This document shows positions 13,930-26,027 of a DNA stretch of 64,000 bases, piece by piece. Where the stretch lies: positions 10,416,001-10,480,000 of the forward strand of contig NC_135258.1 in the NCBI RefSeq assembly GCF_964204865.1, given 5' to 3'. Source of the DNA: Styela clava (Eukaryota). Under the pieces are notes generated by a model. It was given only the letters and a program-made list of their open reading frames with translations. It had not been told where the DNA came from and ran no database searches. The stretch's first letter is position 1, and each line of letters opens with the position of its first letter. The position numbers were made by a program, and so were the translations under genes.

Positions 13930-16900
13930 ATGGAAATTCCTCTTCGAGTTTTTTTTATCCAGACTCCTCCTGATTATCGAAGCTTTTTCATTAATTAAAG
14001 GTTAGTAATATTTCAATTATAACGTGAATGATTTTTATTTTGGATTGCTAGAATATTGTGTATTGTACTGCAAGTCTTTTATTTTTGATAGTGGGCGTTG
14101 CCACTAACATGATTTAACGAATCGGTATCAAGGTTTTAAATAAAAATAAAATCTTTTTTTTTCAACGAAATAGCATATTGTTAATTAATTAAGCTGGTAT
14201 AAATAGCAAAAGTTAGACTATGATCTAACAAGATCTTTTAAGCTACTTGCAATTTCGTTGAATGATATCATGCCATTCCTATTTATCTCTTTGTAATTGT
14301 TTTCACTTTTATCATGATATTAGGAAGTTAGCTTTGTCATCTCTTCCAGTAATCATTGCAGAATAAGTTACGATATGCAGCCAATGAGTTTGTGTTTGCA
14401 CTGGCGCAAACAGGCTCTTTAATAGGTGTACTATAGGCCCTTAGATAGGCTACTGACAGTTTTGTCAGGTAAAATAATTCACACAAAAGTTCTGAACAAA
14501 GCTTTGGACAAGCTGTGAAAGTTAGTCTCTAGTTTGTGGATATACAAGATCAATCGATTAAAATCGTCAACTATATCTGTCTTGATTTGCTCTGGGGTTT
14601 AATGTGTATTGATGATTGAGCAAAAAAAAATACTACAATTTGTATTTAAATAACTTGTTACTTTGTAAGGCAAACAATGTTCTTGAGGTGTCGTTGTTTT
14701 ATCTAACTATATATATTTCTTCAACAGGAGAGAAATGTTGGGCACCAATGCTTTGTAACAATATACCTGAGTGGAAAGTATTTCGGGCATGCGAAATGGT
14801 AAGATATTCATGGCAGCTTCATATCACAGATTTATTTGTTTTAAAAAAAAATTATGACTGGCGACATTCATAATATATGGATCATTTACTACACTTTTTT
14901 TTTAATTTAAAAATATTCTAAACATTATGCGCGCCACAAAACGGCCTTATGTTGTCACATAAATTTTAATTTTTTCACAAATTCACGAGGTTACAGATAA
15001 GTCATTTTTATTTCTCATTTTATAATCCTTTTTTTAAGAATGAAGAATTGAGAAACAGAAAAAAAGCTTTCGAAGGTTCGTAACATAAAGAACAAGTTAA
15101 CAATTTAACTGTGAGCCCAATCGAAATTGATTATTTTATATTTCTTCATATTAAGTTTCCAGTTTTATCAAACTAGGCACTACAACTGTTGCGTAAGAAA
15201 TATATCCCCCAGAATTGCAGTCTCCCACTTTTGGTTACCCTATCCTTTTCGTAACAAAATATTTCAAATCTTAACATTTTTATTTTATATATCTATATAA
15301 TTGAATATGGTTTTGTCGAATCGGAAACTTTAACAATAAAATCTTTTTAAATGAAATTCTAAAATTGAGAAAAAATATATTTAGTTCATCATATTTTTCT
15401 AAAAAATATTTTGGAACTAAATTATTTCGACCAAAAAATGGTTGATCAACTAGCAACGGACTGGTAAATAGTTGGATGATTAAACAATTTTCATTTATTC
15501 ATAGAGTAAATCAACCAGTTGGCCAGCATGATAACCCTCCTAGAAGGAAAACTGAAAACCACTACAGCAAGGACAACAAAAAACAACGCAATATACACCT
15601 CTGCCACAGATGTGAAAAAACTACCAAGTCACAAGGTAAACAAACTCTTCTTATTTCATTTTTGGTTGTTCTAGGCTGGGAGTGTGCAACATTTTTATCC
15701 TCGCGTGCTCTATACCCAACTGTTGCACCTGATGCAACCGGGCCACCTGTTGGACAACCCTGTTTAAAGCAGTCGATTATTATTATAAATATATTTTTTT
15801 TAGTCATAATATGAAATAATATTTAGAGACGCTGAATAAGTCGTTCGTTAATGATTGTGTAAAACAGAGGATTTTAGATTTTAAATTGTCGACTCCTTAC
15901 GAAAATTCAGAAGTGCATATCAGTTTTACAACCTCGTTTTTAAAATACATTTTAACACAGAATTCGACAGCATAAAGACCTTTTCAGTCACCACTCTAAC
16001 TACCCATGCAAAGTATCCTTCGACAACTGGCGAAGCGTTCTTTTATTCTGCAAACAGCGTTACGTCTTCCACAGTGCCCGCTTCGACTAGTCGTGCAAAA
16101 TTGTCTTTGACAACTCCCGAAGATGCTGTGATTCCGCAAACTACATTTGAGCCATCTGTGCAAACTACATCTGAGCCATCCGTCCAAACTACATCTGAGC
16201 CAGCTGTCCAAATGATTCCGTCTGGATTTACTGAACAAGGTCTGTTTTGTTTAATAAATCTTCAGGTTTAGTTTCGATTTGTCAGACTTTATATATATAT
16301 ATATATGGATATTTTATATGCATATGGAACATTAAGCGGGTCTGGTATAGTTTAGTACCACATGCACTTCTAGTTGGCCTAGCTCAACAATTTTTGAATA
16401 TGTCAATCCTGACCCCCACCTGACTACGTCACCGAAAAATTACGTCATTTGGACGTCACAGTGGCGTAATAATACCCAAGTATGCGGATGGTCGTCCAAA
16501 ACGCGCAGACGATCACCCGAAATCGAGCAAGCTATTTCTCTCGTTTTCTCGTCACAACGATCACCATAGGAGGGAGATCGCCGGCCTTCGATATCGGCGG
16601 CGCAGATGCCATTTCGGGCGATCGTTATTATACTTTGGCAAGCCATATGACGTGATGGTTACGTCGTAGTCACGTAATTTTTGGATGGTGGGGGTTATGA
16701 ATAACATATGCAAAATGTCGTTATGTTACGCCCACTGGAAGTATTTGTGTTACTAAACTATACTAGACCCCATTAAACAAGCTGTATATTTTTTTTATAC
16801 AACGTATCTATACACTTTCCAATCTAAAAAAGCTTCCACTGCCACGTAAAGAAATAACACTGCTCGGAAGTACAAGAATATTTTCGATTTAGCATTGCCC

Positions 16901-18255
16901 ACTCAATTTATTACACCATGTGTGATTTGCTGGTCATGGTATGATTCTAAATCATTTTCACATCTAAATGGGATCTATCAAAATTGCTCGTAGTTCCCTC
17001 GCCATTTTATTGTTAATACCTAATCAATCCATAAGGTTTGACCAAATTTGCAAATATCGATGTCAACCAACAAAGGCCAAAATCTAGAAGCCATCATCGA
17101 CAACCGATATATTTTTATTAAACTGCAAACTGTAATCAGATATGCAAATACACGACGACACATTTATAACAATTCATATGATTCAACAATTGCTAATTAT
17201 TTAAATTATAGATATCGTGCGCTATGACGGAAGAATATTCATACCGTTGGTGTCTGAACAGGTTCTTAAAGCATCAGCGATCTACAAATGTCCGCAACTA
17301 AGAGGGGAACTGGCGAATATATACAACCAAGATCATATGAACAAGATAATGACATTCATTCGTGACAACAAGATGGGCGGGTATTCATGGAAAAGATTTC
17401 ATCTCGGCATGACATACGACCCTATTGTAAGTTAAATATAAAAGTATTGTCAGTAATGCTCCTAACTGCACATATCGCTTACTTTAAAAAGAACAATGTA
17501 GTAGTGTCATAATATCTAGCAGTTGGTAATTTTTGTCGGATTCTTTAGATTTTCGCTCCAGATTAGACTCTGCATAAGACTTTACTCGGGTACAGAGAGA
17601 TTGGTGGATCCGTTATCATTCCTGATCGACTGTTTGTTTCATTTGTCTAATACTGATTGAGATAGTGAGCATAGGCGGGTAAACAATGACACTAACCCAG
17701 ATCTTCGAAAAATGATGCGAATAAGTTGAAAGTTGAGAGAATCCATAAAAATTGTTAAATACAAATTTTGGCGCTCCCGAAGTATGTGTACCAAAATGAC
17801 GCACAACCCGAACCCCAACATGGTACAATACTATGTTCAAGTTGTGCGCCATCTTGGTACACATACTTCTGGAGCTCCCAAATTTTATAATACTCAAATA
17901 CCCAATATTTATTAACATTTTTTTATAATCACATTTCTCGTTATCTTTGTGACATAAGATGGCAATATAGCGATGAAAAAGATGACAAATTCCATAATTG
18001 TTGAAATAAATCAATGTGTTCAAATATTTAAACACTTCATATTGTTCAATTTCATTCCTTTAGAATCAGGTTCTTCGTTTTCGCAACAAAACTGTGACAT
18101 TGCCACGTGGTTTTAAATGGTACAGAGGGTATCCAGTCAATGAAAATTCTGCTTACACAAACATGTATATCGAGATTGAGAAGGTTTCAACAAACCCAAA
18201 TCAATTCATTTACAACTACGCAGATTTAATGAGCTACGTCCTGTGTGAAATTTAA
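13930..18255 (+). CDS. Secreted protein with Thr/Ser-rich stalk and a divergent C-terminal C-type lectin domain; exon 1 frameshifted as given
   Basis: Exons ~13930-14000, 14728-14798, (15039-15075 and ~15504-15634 uncertain), 15961-16239, 17212-17426, 18064-18255. CTLD hallmarks: C..LRGELANIYNQDHM..I..FI...LGMTYDP | ...FKWYRGYP...YVLCEI*. Confidence 0.7.
16137..16212 (+). repeat. Coding 24-bp minisatellite (QTTSEPSV x3)
   Basis: CAAACTACAT(C/T)TGAGCCA.C.GT. repeated three times in the mucin-like exon. Confidence 0.9.
16336..16771. mobile_element. MITE with long imperfect TIRs, TTAA-flanked
   Basis: GGGTCTGGTATAGTTTAGTA... / ...TACTAAACTATACTAGACCC, with inverted similarity over ~100 bp and TTAA on both sides. 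Confidence 0.7.
17770..17878. mobile_element. ~110-bp palindromic MITE, copy 3
   Basis: GGCGCTCC...GGAGCTCC with a perfect 8-bp TSD CAAATTTT. Confidence 0.85.
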
Positions 18256-19499
18256 CTTTCTTCCAACTGTTATAGCAAACTGTCAGATAAAAAAAAAGAT
18301 GGAGCAATTTTTTTCGTATAATTAATGATAACAATATGAAAAGTTGTTCTATCAACTATGTGAAGAAACTAACGAAATGATTTCTGCCAAATCGTAAAAA
18401 TAAAGAATACGGGTTTCAGTTTGTACATTTGTGGAATTTTTAAAAACGTGATAAGGATGAATTTTCCCGAAATCCGTCATTTTTGGCAATGCTTCATATC
18501 TTCAATCTTAACGAGGCTTTGCCGAAGCTTTCAATCTTACGTGGAAAATAAAAATCTGTGTGAGTTCAGCAAGAATACGCTGTTAGACCAAACACGGTTC
18601 GAAGCCGAGATATATAATCTTTTGTAGCAATGTTAAAGGGCGCAAAGTACGGCCATGTCGGCTTTTAATAACTCCGCGGACTTTTTTGAACCCCCGCACA
18701 TATTAATCTGCCTATGTAGTTCACATATACTTGCTTATCCAATTTTACGCTAACATGCTCTGAACCGAGCTATTTGGTATTTGTACAACTAATATAATTG
18801 CCTCTCAGATTTGGTTTGGGATAGGATTACATTTTTATAGTAGAAAACGAAATGCCGATGATTTGGCAGTGTTGGCAGTGGGATGAGGCTTTGCTCGGGT
18901 TTTTCTTGTGCACGGAGTTCCATATTGAAATTGTTAGAATTGCGTGAATTAAATTCAACAACATAATGGCATTTTCAAAAAAATAAAATCAGTATCCAAA
19001 ATATTACGCTAGAATGAAAAAAATATTAGCTTCAATAGTTTCTTTGAAAGTTCTTGAAGTAAATAAGATAGGCAGACTCGGGTCGCTCTGAGACTCGAGT
19101 TAGTGTCGGCAAAGATCGACATACAATAGCAAAGACCTTCATCGACGGGACGGTGAACATTAGAAGGTTGTTGTTGTATCTATGCAAAAGGGACAGGACA
19201 AAAACTGCACACGTCAAGAAGATGGCCATGGAAAGGCAGCATTTCGGGGAAACGCAGCATTTCGGGGAAACGCAAACTTCAAGTAGCCCTTAGTCGTTTC
19301 TCAACCTACTTAACTAATTCAATAAGTATTAGTTATGAATAAGGCTACTGACGCGTCACCGAAGAATCAGTCCAGAATACCAGTCCTCACGTGGAAGACT
19401 CCAATCAAGAGACCACGTATCGCATGTTTATATGTGATACTTTCAAATACATTTATAGAAATAGTGTTAAATTGGTTCAAAAAAGGGAGGACGGGTCTT

Positions 19500-20426
19500 T
19501 TCAGGGAGAAGGAAAAGAATGAGCCTAATTAAACAAACCCGAAGGAGAAAGAAAAATGTCAGCGAGGCGGAATAGAAACTCCGCCAAGACTTGTTGGAGA
19601 AACAAAAACTTTTTGCCCAAATGCAACGCGAGTTACGGAGCGCCAAAAAGTGATTTCGCAACAGCGCCATAATGGAGCTATTGACTGTGTCGAACTCCTT
19701 CGGGATCGCGAATAATGAGAAAGTGATCAATGACTTTGCAAACAGTTTGAGAAAGAAACCCTTGTTTGAAATACATAGGCACTGCGCCAACTAGATAAAC
19801 AACTGAAGGACGAAATAAGGGAAGACTTAGACTGTTCCGTAATCTCCGGGCTAGATTACCCGAATTCCCCAGGATGATAATGCAAGGCAGCAAGCGTGGG
19901 GCGATGTAGCAAAGGAATTGCAAGAGTTCTGGAATTTGGAGTTTTGGATCAGCAAGCGGTTAAAGCGACCGGCAGAAGCGGGAGATATTCGAGATCTTCG
20001 ACCCATGCTGTAATGTCATCAAACCTCCACCGGTGAATGTGTATAACATACACTCAACAGATTAGGGGTTCGTGCCCTCTTTTGTCATAGAACGAGAAGA
20101 CGAATCGTTACACTCGAACCCTTACTTTCCTAAGAATGTTGATGATGAACGACTGGCGAACAGTCTGAGGAATTCCCCCGTAACACAAGTGGATGGGCAT
20201 CCTGGAATAGAAGGGACCCGCCTCAGCGGACGAGAAATCGTCTGCTATGACAAGCTAAAGAAGAAACTGGGAAAGGCATGGGAAAACCTAGTCAAACTAA
20301 AGAAATATTTGCCCCGGATCGTTTATTACGTGGCTACTGACTAAAAATGGCTGCCGAAGAAAGCGAGACAAGAATTTGAGCTTCTACGGTGTCACCCACA
20401 GACAGGACACCACAAGAATCCCAAGA
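19500..20426 (+). pseudogene. Decayed intronless coding sequence of unknown type, apparently resuming at 25846-26027
   Basis: GC-richer than the flanks; successive codon-like frames broken by stops and frameshifts (e.g. ORF 20072-20344); similar composition resumes right after the 3' LTR. Confidence 0.4.
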
Positions 20427-20427
20427 A

Positions 20428-20876
20428 AAAATATTATAAATTCTAGTGAGTTCTAGCAAAAGAATTCGACCCAAATATTGCACGCAAGTGCATAATTCTC
20501 ATGTGATATGATGAATCACCCCTATTTTACATGGATTTTGCTAGAGGTATCGAGCAAAGACTGGTTGAAGTGTGAAACCTTACAAATATGATCTCATCAA
20601 ACAAAATATACAGCTAACAGCAACCTTAAGAGACTGATAGTTAAATTATTAATAATAGTTTAGAAGTGTAATTTGTTTATGCTGATTTAAATTATTGTAA
20701 TATATTGTCGAAAGAAATAAAATTGTACAGGTAAACCTTTCTGATCCTTGGCTGTTATATCAAATTAACAGAGATCTCAAACTCAACTGAACACGTAACC
20801 TATACTATATTCTGTTTGGAGTCAGATTAATACATAACTAGTTAATTAGTAGTCAGGAAACAAAATTTACGCTTCA
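20428..20876 (+). repeat. 5' LTR (lacks the first ~65 bp)
   Basis: Matches 25398-25845 with about 8 differences counted by eye; ends ...GCTTCA. Confidence 0.93.
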
Positions 20877-20878
20877 CG

Positions 20879-20890
20879 TCGTGACCCCGA
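20879..20890 (+). other. Primer-binding site, tRNA-Trp type
   Basis: TCGTGACCCCGA, 2 bp after the LTR; one mismatch to TGGTGACCCCGA, the complement of the tRNA-Trp 3' end. Confidence 0.8.
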
Positions 20891-20908
20891 ATCTTGGGAT
20901 TTATTACC

Positions 20909-20934
20909 ATGGATCATCGCCAACAATCGTAAGT
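20909..20934 (+). other. Env leader mini-exon and splice donor
   Basis: accATGg Kozak context, ATG GAT CAT CGC CAA CAA TC|GTAAGT; joins in frame to the acceptor AG at 21982-21983. Confidence 0.7.
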
Positions 20935-21074
20935 CTTTTTATTTATTATATAGATAGTTTGGTAGTGCAATTTTGTATTGTTAAAATTTTTCTTGTATTA
21001 TACTTATTGAACCTTGTACCTGTTATTGCTTAGTGTGGGCCAGTTTATATTGTATATTGTACCGTATAAGATAA

Positions 21075-21874
21075 ATGCCAAATTTACAAAAAATGTTTAC
21101 GCGAAGTAAAACTCGTAAAACAGAGAAATTAGGTGTAAATCCTTATCAGTTAACACATCTAACTCCAGAAGTGACCAAAGGAAATGACCCACAATTCGGA
21201 CTCCAAAAATTGAACATTTCTGAACCTAATTTAATTGGAAACGAAATAGACGATAGACATTGGCTGAGCTTGCATATGGTAGAACACTAAGACTCCCAGG
21301 AGACTTAGTGGAAAGTTCTAATATAAGTCAGAATCTTGACACATACAGTTATGCTTCTAAATTAAAACGTTTTTTTGGAACTTTTGAAGCTCTTCCAACG
21401 AGGAAGAAAATAATGAGTAATGTATATATTCCACCAAAGTTATTTACATGTAGTCACGTATTTCAACGAATAGATCACGTAAAGAAATCTTTGCAACCCA
21501 ATTATCAAGGGCCATATGAGGTTATATTTCGGAATAAAACTTGTTTTACTATAAAGAAAAACAGAGGAATTGAAAAAGTTTCCATTAATCAATTAAAACC
21601 AGCCGAAATTAGAATTTTTGATACAGATACAGAAGAACTTTCTTCTACTAAACAAAATGATTTTCCTTCTAAAATAGAAAATTCACCGGTAAAAAAGATT
21701 GTTACTACAGATTATAATAATGAATCAAATTTTTCAGTGGTTACGAATCCGACGAGAGAGGAGACAGAGAAAACCAAAGAGGATCAGAACAAGACCAGGT
21801 ATGGCCGGACAGTACGTCCTCCAATCCGGTACGGTCAGGCGGCAATGTGCCAGATCGAAGAAACCGAAGTGTAA
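21075..21874 (+). pseudogene. Probable gag N-terminus joined out of frame to the integrase C-terminal (GPY/F) region
   Basis: AELAYGRTLRLPGDL...CSHVFQRIDHVKKSLQPNYQGPYEV...VSINQLKPA...TRYGRTVRPPIRY is a typical CsRN1-clade integrase tail. No protease, RT, RNase H or DDE core is present. Confidence 0.85.
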
Positions 21875-21983
21875 AGGACGATGATAAAGTAATCTCCCGG
21901 ACCGATAATTATGACAGAAAACTACTTATAGTCTACGTGAAACATGGGGAAGTTGTTGGAACAGAACATATTGCAGACTTTAG

Positions 21984-24148
21984 GTATTTCTGTTTCTTCT
22001 TACTGCTGATAATTTTTTGCAGTCTACCCTGTTTAAGTCTTCGAACAATGGAAATTTCTGGGTATCATTGCCAGAACGACAAAATAAATCAAGAGTACGA
22101 TATATCCGATCATATGGTTAAATGTCAAGCTAAAATTTATCATGCACCAAAATTGCATACCAAAATTCAAATTCGAGCTTGTCAAACAAGCATAACGGAA
22201 TGGCGAAGCCATTTTTTATTTTTTGGGGGCTAAAACTCATTATACTAAAATAATACCTGGCGTACCAACCGCCAAACAAAATTGCCGAAACTGGTTTGAA
22301 ACCCGCGAATCAAATCAGTTTGGTAAATTTGTTCAGAAAACTAATAATTTGTGGGAAACAGAGAATAAGCCGGTCATAAATTATAAATGGCCTACGGCTG
22401 CTTCGGGAGCAACCGAAAACATTGCTCTAATATACTCCTATGTAATGTACGACCATTTAAATTCGAAAAATATATTTCCACTAGCTGACAGCGCAAATTG
22501 CTCTGTGAATCAATCTGCCTGTCAAATTGGCAGTTATACACTTTTATTTGACGATTCAAAATTTGAAATGTGCCCGAATAAAATGGAAGAAATAAATTCC
22601 TCGCTAACCCTGCATATAAACAACACTAACCAAGTGTTTGCTGTAGAATTGGACGAATTACATATGACTTTTCATTCATTTTCAAAATGTAATGAGTTGA
22701 CGACCAGATGCTTTGGCAGTATCTTCTGTCTAGAAAACGAACTTTTGGTTCAAGCTAATAATTGTAGTTTCTTAGAGAAAGTCGACATGATCCGCAAATT
22801 TGCAGATCATCCCGACATTTCGACAGCTCTGACATTGATGATACAAAATGTCGCTGACTCTCAAACCGAGTTGTCAATGAAATTATAAAGCCAAATTTTT
22901 AAACTCGAATGTAACGCTGAACAACTATTATCTAAAATCTATAAAATCTTGGCGAAAACATACCCTTCTGACGTTTTAAATGAAATTCTGGGGACAAACA
23001 ACTTGTTTGCAGTAAACAGAGGAGACGTAATGGGGGCCCTCTGGTGTCAACCTATAAAAGCGACCATTTTAAACAGCCTAAAATTACCTAACAACCTATA
23101 TTCTACACGTCCTCTGGTTAATTATACTGATATATCTAATAACACCGTGATGGGCCAACTTTTAGGCTCTGGAAGACTTATTCCAGGAATTCATTTTTAC
23201 AGTACCGAACTTCTAGAGTTTGTTACGTTTAAAATAAATAGCACGTATTATAGGTACCAAAAGGGGATCCTGCAAAACATGACCTCCAAACCCAAAAAAA
23301 TCCATCCGTATCTTACAACGAAAAAAATAACTCCTTATGATATAAATTATCTTACTTCATTATCTAAGTTCTTTGAAAACGACTTATCCAGTACCAATGA
23401 TATTGATTCTATGTTAATGTCTATAAATCAGAATTCTGCATTTACCAGAAGTCTGATTGATTATGCGAATTCTTTTAATGACGAAAGTGAAACCACTAGT
23501 GCAAATCCTGCACTCCCCTTGAAAATGCTAGCAAAACATATTACGAACATATTGATATCTTTTTTTAGTGGTATAGGCAATAAGTTTCTTAGTACTGTAA
23601 TTTTAATAGGACTAATCTTGGCTATTGTATTTGCATATGGCAAGACTCTGACTCGGACTGGTAGTGGAGTCAAAAGCTTGGCCGGTCGAAGATTGAAAAG
23701 AAAGCTTCTTGATGAACATTCATCTACTTCCGAAAGGCGTACAAGCGATTCTAGAGATCATGAAAGTCAAAGATCACCAATCCATCGCCGTACCCGCTCT
23801 GATGACCGAAACGGCAATCGTTCAAGAGAAGGGCCCGGGCGTTCGTATTTCACCCCACGGGTCACTCGTAGCCAAGCCTGAGCAAGAGGTGCTCCTGCAT
23901 ATGGGCGAGGCAAATCGGGAAATGCGCAACAAAAAGCACGCGCAAGAAGTCCCATTGAGCAGCCCACTACGGCTCAACCCAAAGCACCGAGCCAAAAAGG
24001 GGCCGAAAGTAGCCTAAATGAAAGTGCGAAAAGTTTAATGGCACGAATCGCACCAGGAATGGCACCAGCTGCCGCCAAATTGGGCACAGCAAGCCAGACC
24101 AAAAATGTGCAGATTGTATCTCTGTCGTCCGATAGCGACAGCGGTTAA
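21984..24148 (+). pseudogene. env: env: glycoprotein-B-like (class III) fusion protein plus basic tail; one frameshift (~22225) and stops at 22886 and 23879
   Basis: Signal peptide, Cys-rich ectodomain with many N-X-S/T sites, gB-like motifs LAKTYPSDVLNEILG..AVNRGDVMGALWCQPI and YSTRPLVNY...GQL, and a C-terminal TM helix FLSTVILIGLILAIVFAY. Confidence 0.8.
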
Positions 24149-25332
24149 ATAAAAATTATTGCTGGTCGTGCGACAAAAGACTTATGACCTGATGAATGAC
24201 AGGTTACGTAATCGAGAAATTATAAACGAGAAATATTGAAGTACTCTTTTCTTGCTTATTTGTCGTGCTTGCATTGTCGCCCTTATGCACAAAAACAAAG
24301 TGCCGCTTTTCATACCAGTTTTATTGTTTCACCCGTGTATCGTGTCTTACGAAATCATGAAAATATGGCAGTACCGACCTCTTTCCATTTTCAAAGTCTA
24401 TAGTCTTGCCTTTCTTTTCTGCTTCGCCTATTTATTGTACGTTATATTTCACTATTTTTTCTCGTCTATTTTTAGTGTATATGATATTCATGCTTATTAT
24501 TATTGAAGTGCCTTTTTTCCCCATTATTTTATTGTTTCTTGTTTTCGTCTAATTATCATGCTTTAGAGTTAGTTGGGGGAGTTTAATAATTTTTTTTACA
24601 AATCCCTAAATAACATTCACTGAAAGTATTTAAAGACCTGAATTTTTAACAGGAATAACCACTGATAACGCAAATAGCAATAAAGCTTTCGTCATTAAAA
24701 GAACCGTTTTGAAAGTTATTTAATCTTTTTTTAGTAATGTCTAAATTAATATAATCGTACATTGAATAAATTCTACTTACAAACAAATTTTAAAGTCGTG
24801 TGAGTGAGAGGAAGGTAATATTAATATGTTACTCTTACTCATCCACGCATTTTGAATCACACCAAAATAAATAACTCTTGAAATAAATTATACAAACAAA
24901 ATTATAAAATTAAAATTATATGTGTTCCCCCCTGATGTGTCTTTATCAATGTTCGATTCCAATGTTGCCTTGATTTTATTACAATTAGTGCTTAAGTAAC
25001 GTTTTATTGTTTTTACTATTTGTGTATATATCTATCAATTGCAGTTATCTTTATTGCTTTATTAATTGTGTAAAAATCTATCAATTGCTGTTTTTGTGAC
25101 GTAATATTACTGATTATCTGACATCCAACAGTTTTTTTTGACTTTACGTTATTGATTGTTTTACATCTTATATTGACATTTCAATTTTATTGTTAAAATT
25201 TTAAATTTGGACCTTTGTGCTTTATTGACATAATAATTCCATCATCATATTGCAAGAGAATTTAGGACTTATACAATTATCGGTTAATTTAGTATGTACC
25301 TTTTAAATATTTCGCATGTGGGCTCGGGAAAG

Positions 25333-25845
25333 TGTAACAAATTAACCAATAATTTTGGATGGATTATATCAATGCTAAATATAATTTCTGACGTCATAAA
25401 ATATTATAAATTCTAGAGAGTTCTAGCAAAAGAATTCGACCCAAATATTGCACGCAAGTGAATAATTCTCATGTGATATGATGAATCACCCCTATTTTAC
25501 ATGGATTTTGCTAGAGGTATCGAGCAAAGACTGTTTGAAGTGTGAAACCTTATAAATATGATCTCATCAAACAAAAGATACAGCTAACAGCAACCTTAAG
25601 AGATAGATAGTTAAATTATTAATATAGTTTAGAAGTGTAATTTGTTTATGCTGATTTAAATTATTGTAATATATTGTCGAAAGAAATAAAATTGTACAGG
25701 TAAACCTTTCTGATCCTTGGCTGTTATATCAAATTAACAGAGATCTCAAACTCAACTGAACACGTAACCTATACTATATTCTGTTTGGAGTCAGATTAAT
25801 ACATAACTAGTTAATTAGTAGTCAGGAAACAAAATTTACGCTTCA
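25333..25845 (+). repeat. 3' LTR (513 bp, TG...CA)
   Basis: Starts TGTAAC directly after the purine-rich GGGAAAG; ends GCTTCA; contains AATAAA. Confidence 0.9.
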
Positions 25846-26027
25846 AACTCACTGCAGGCCAGTGCCCATATACCAGCGAAGGTTTTCACTCTCGGGACCG
25901 AGAGAAATGTTACAAGAAAGGCTGTGCGTTAAATGTGACATAGAGTTCCTAAATGAGGTGATGCGAGGCAGTGAAAAGAGCTATCGTTACGAAAAATGGC
26001 CTGGGTTCAGCCTATGGCCACACAGAA

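Larger units (their letters stand above)
20428..25845 (+). mobile_element. Ty3/Gypsy LTR retrotransposon (CsRN1/Kabuki-like), internally deleted, carrying env
   Basis: Two near-identical LTRs, PBS, gag start fused to an integrase C-terminus, env-like ORF, purine-rich tract before the 3' LTR. Confidence 0.92.

Noticed and set aside
21847-21983. N-terminal extension of env from the ORF track
   Set aside because: It overlaps the integrase end and puts the hydrophobic segment ~45 residues in; the spliced leader explains the signal peptide better.
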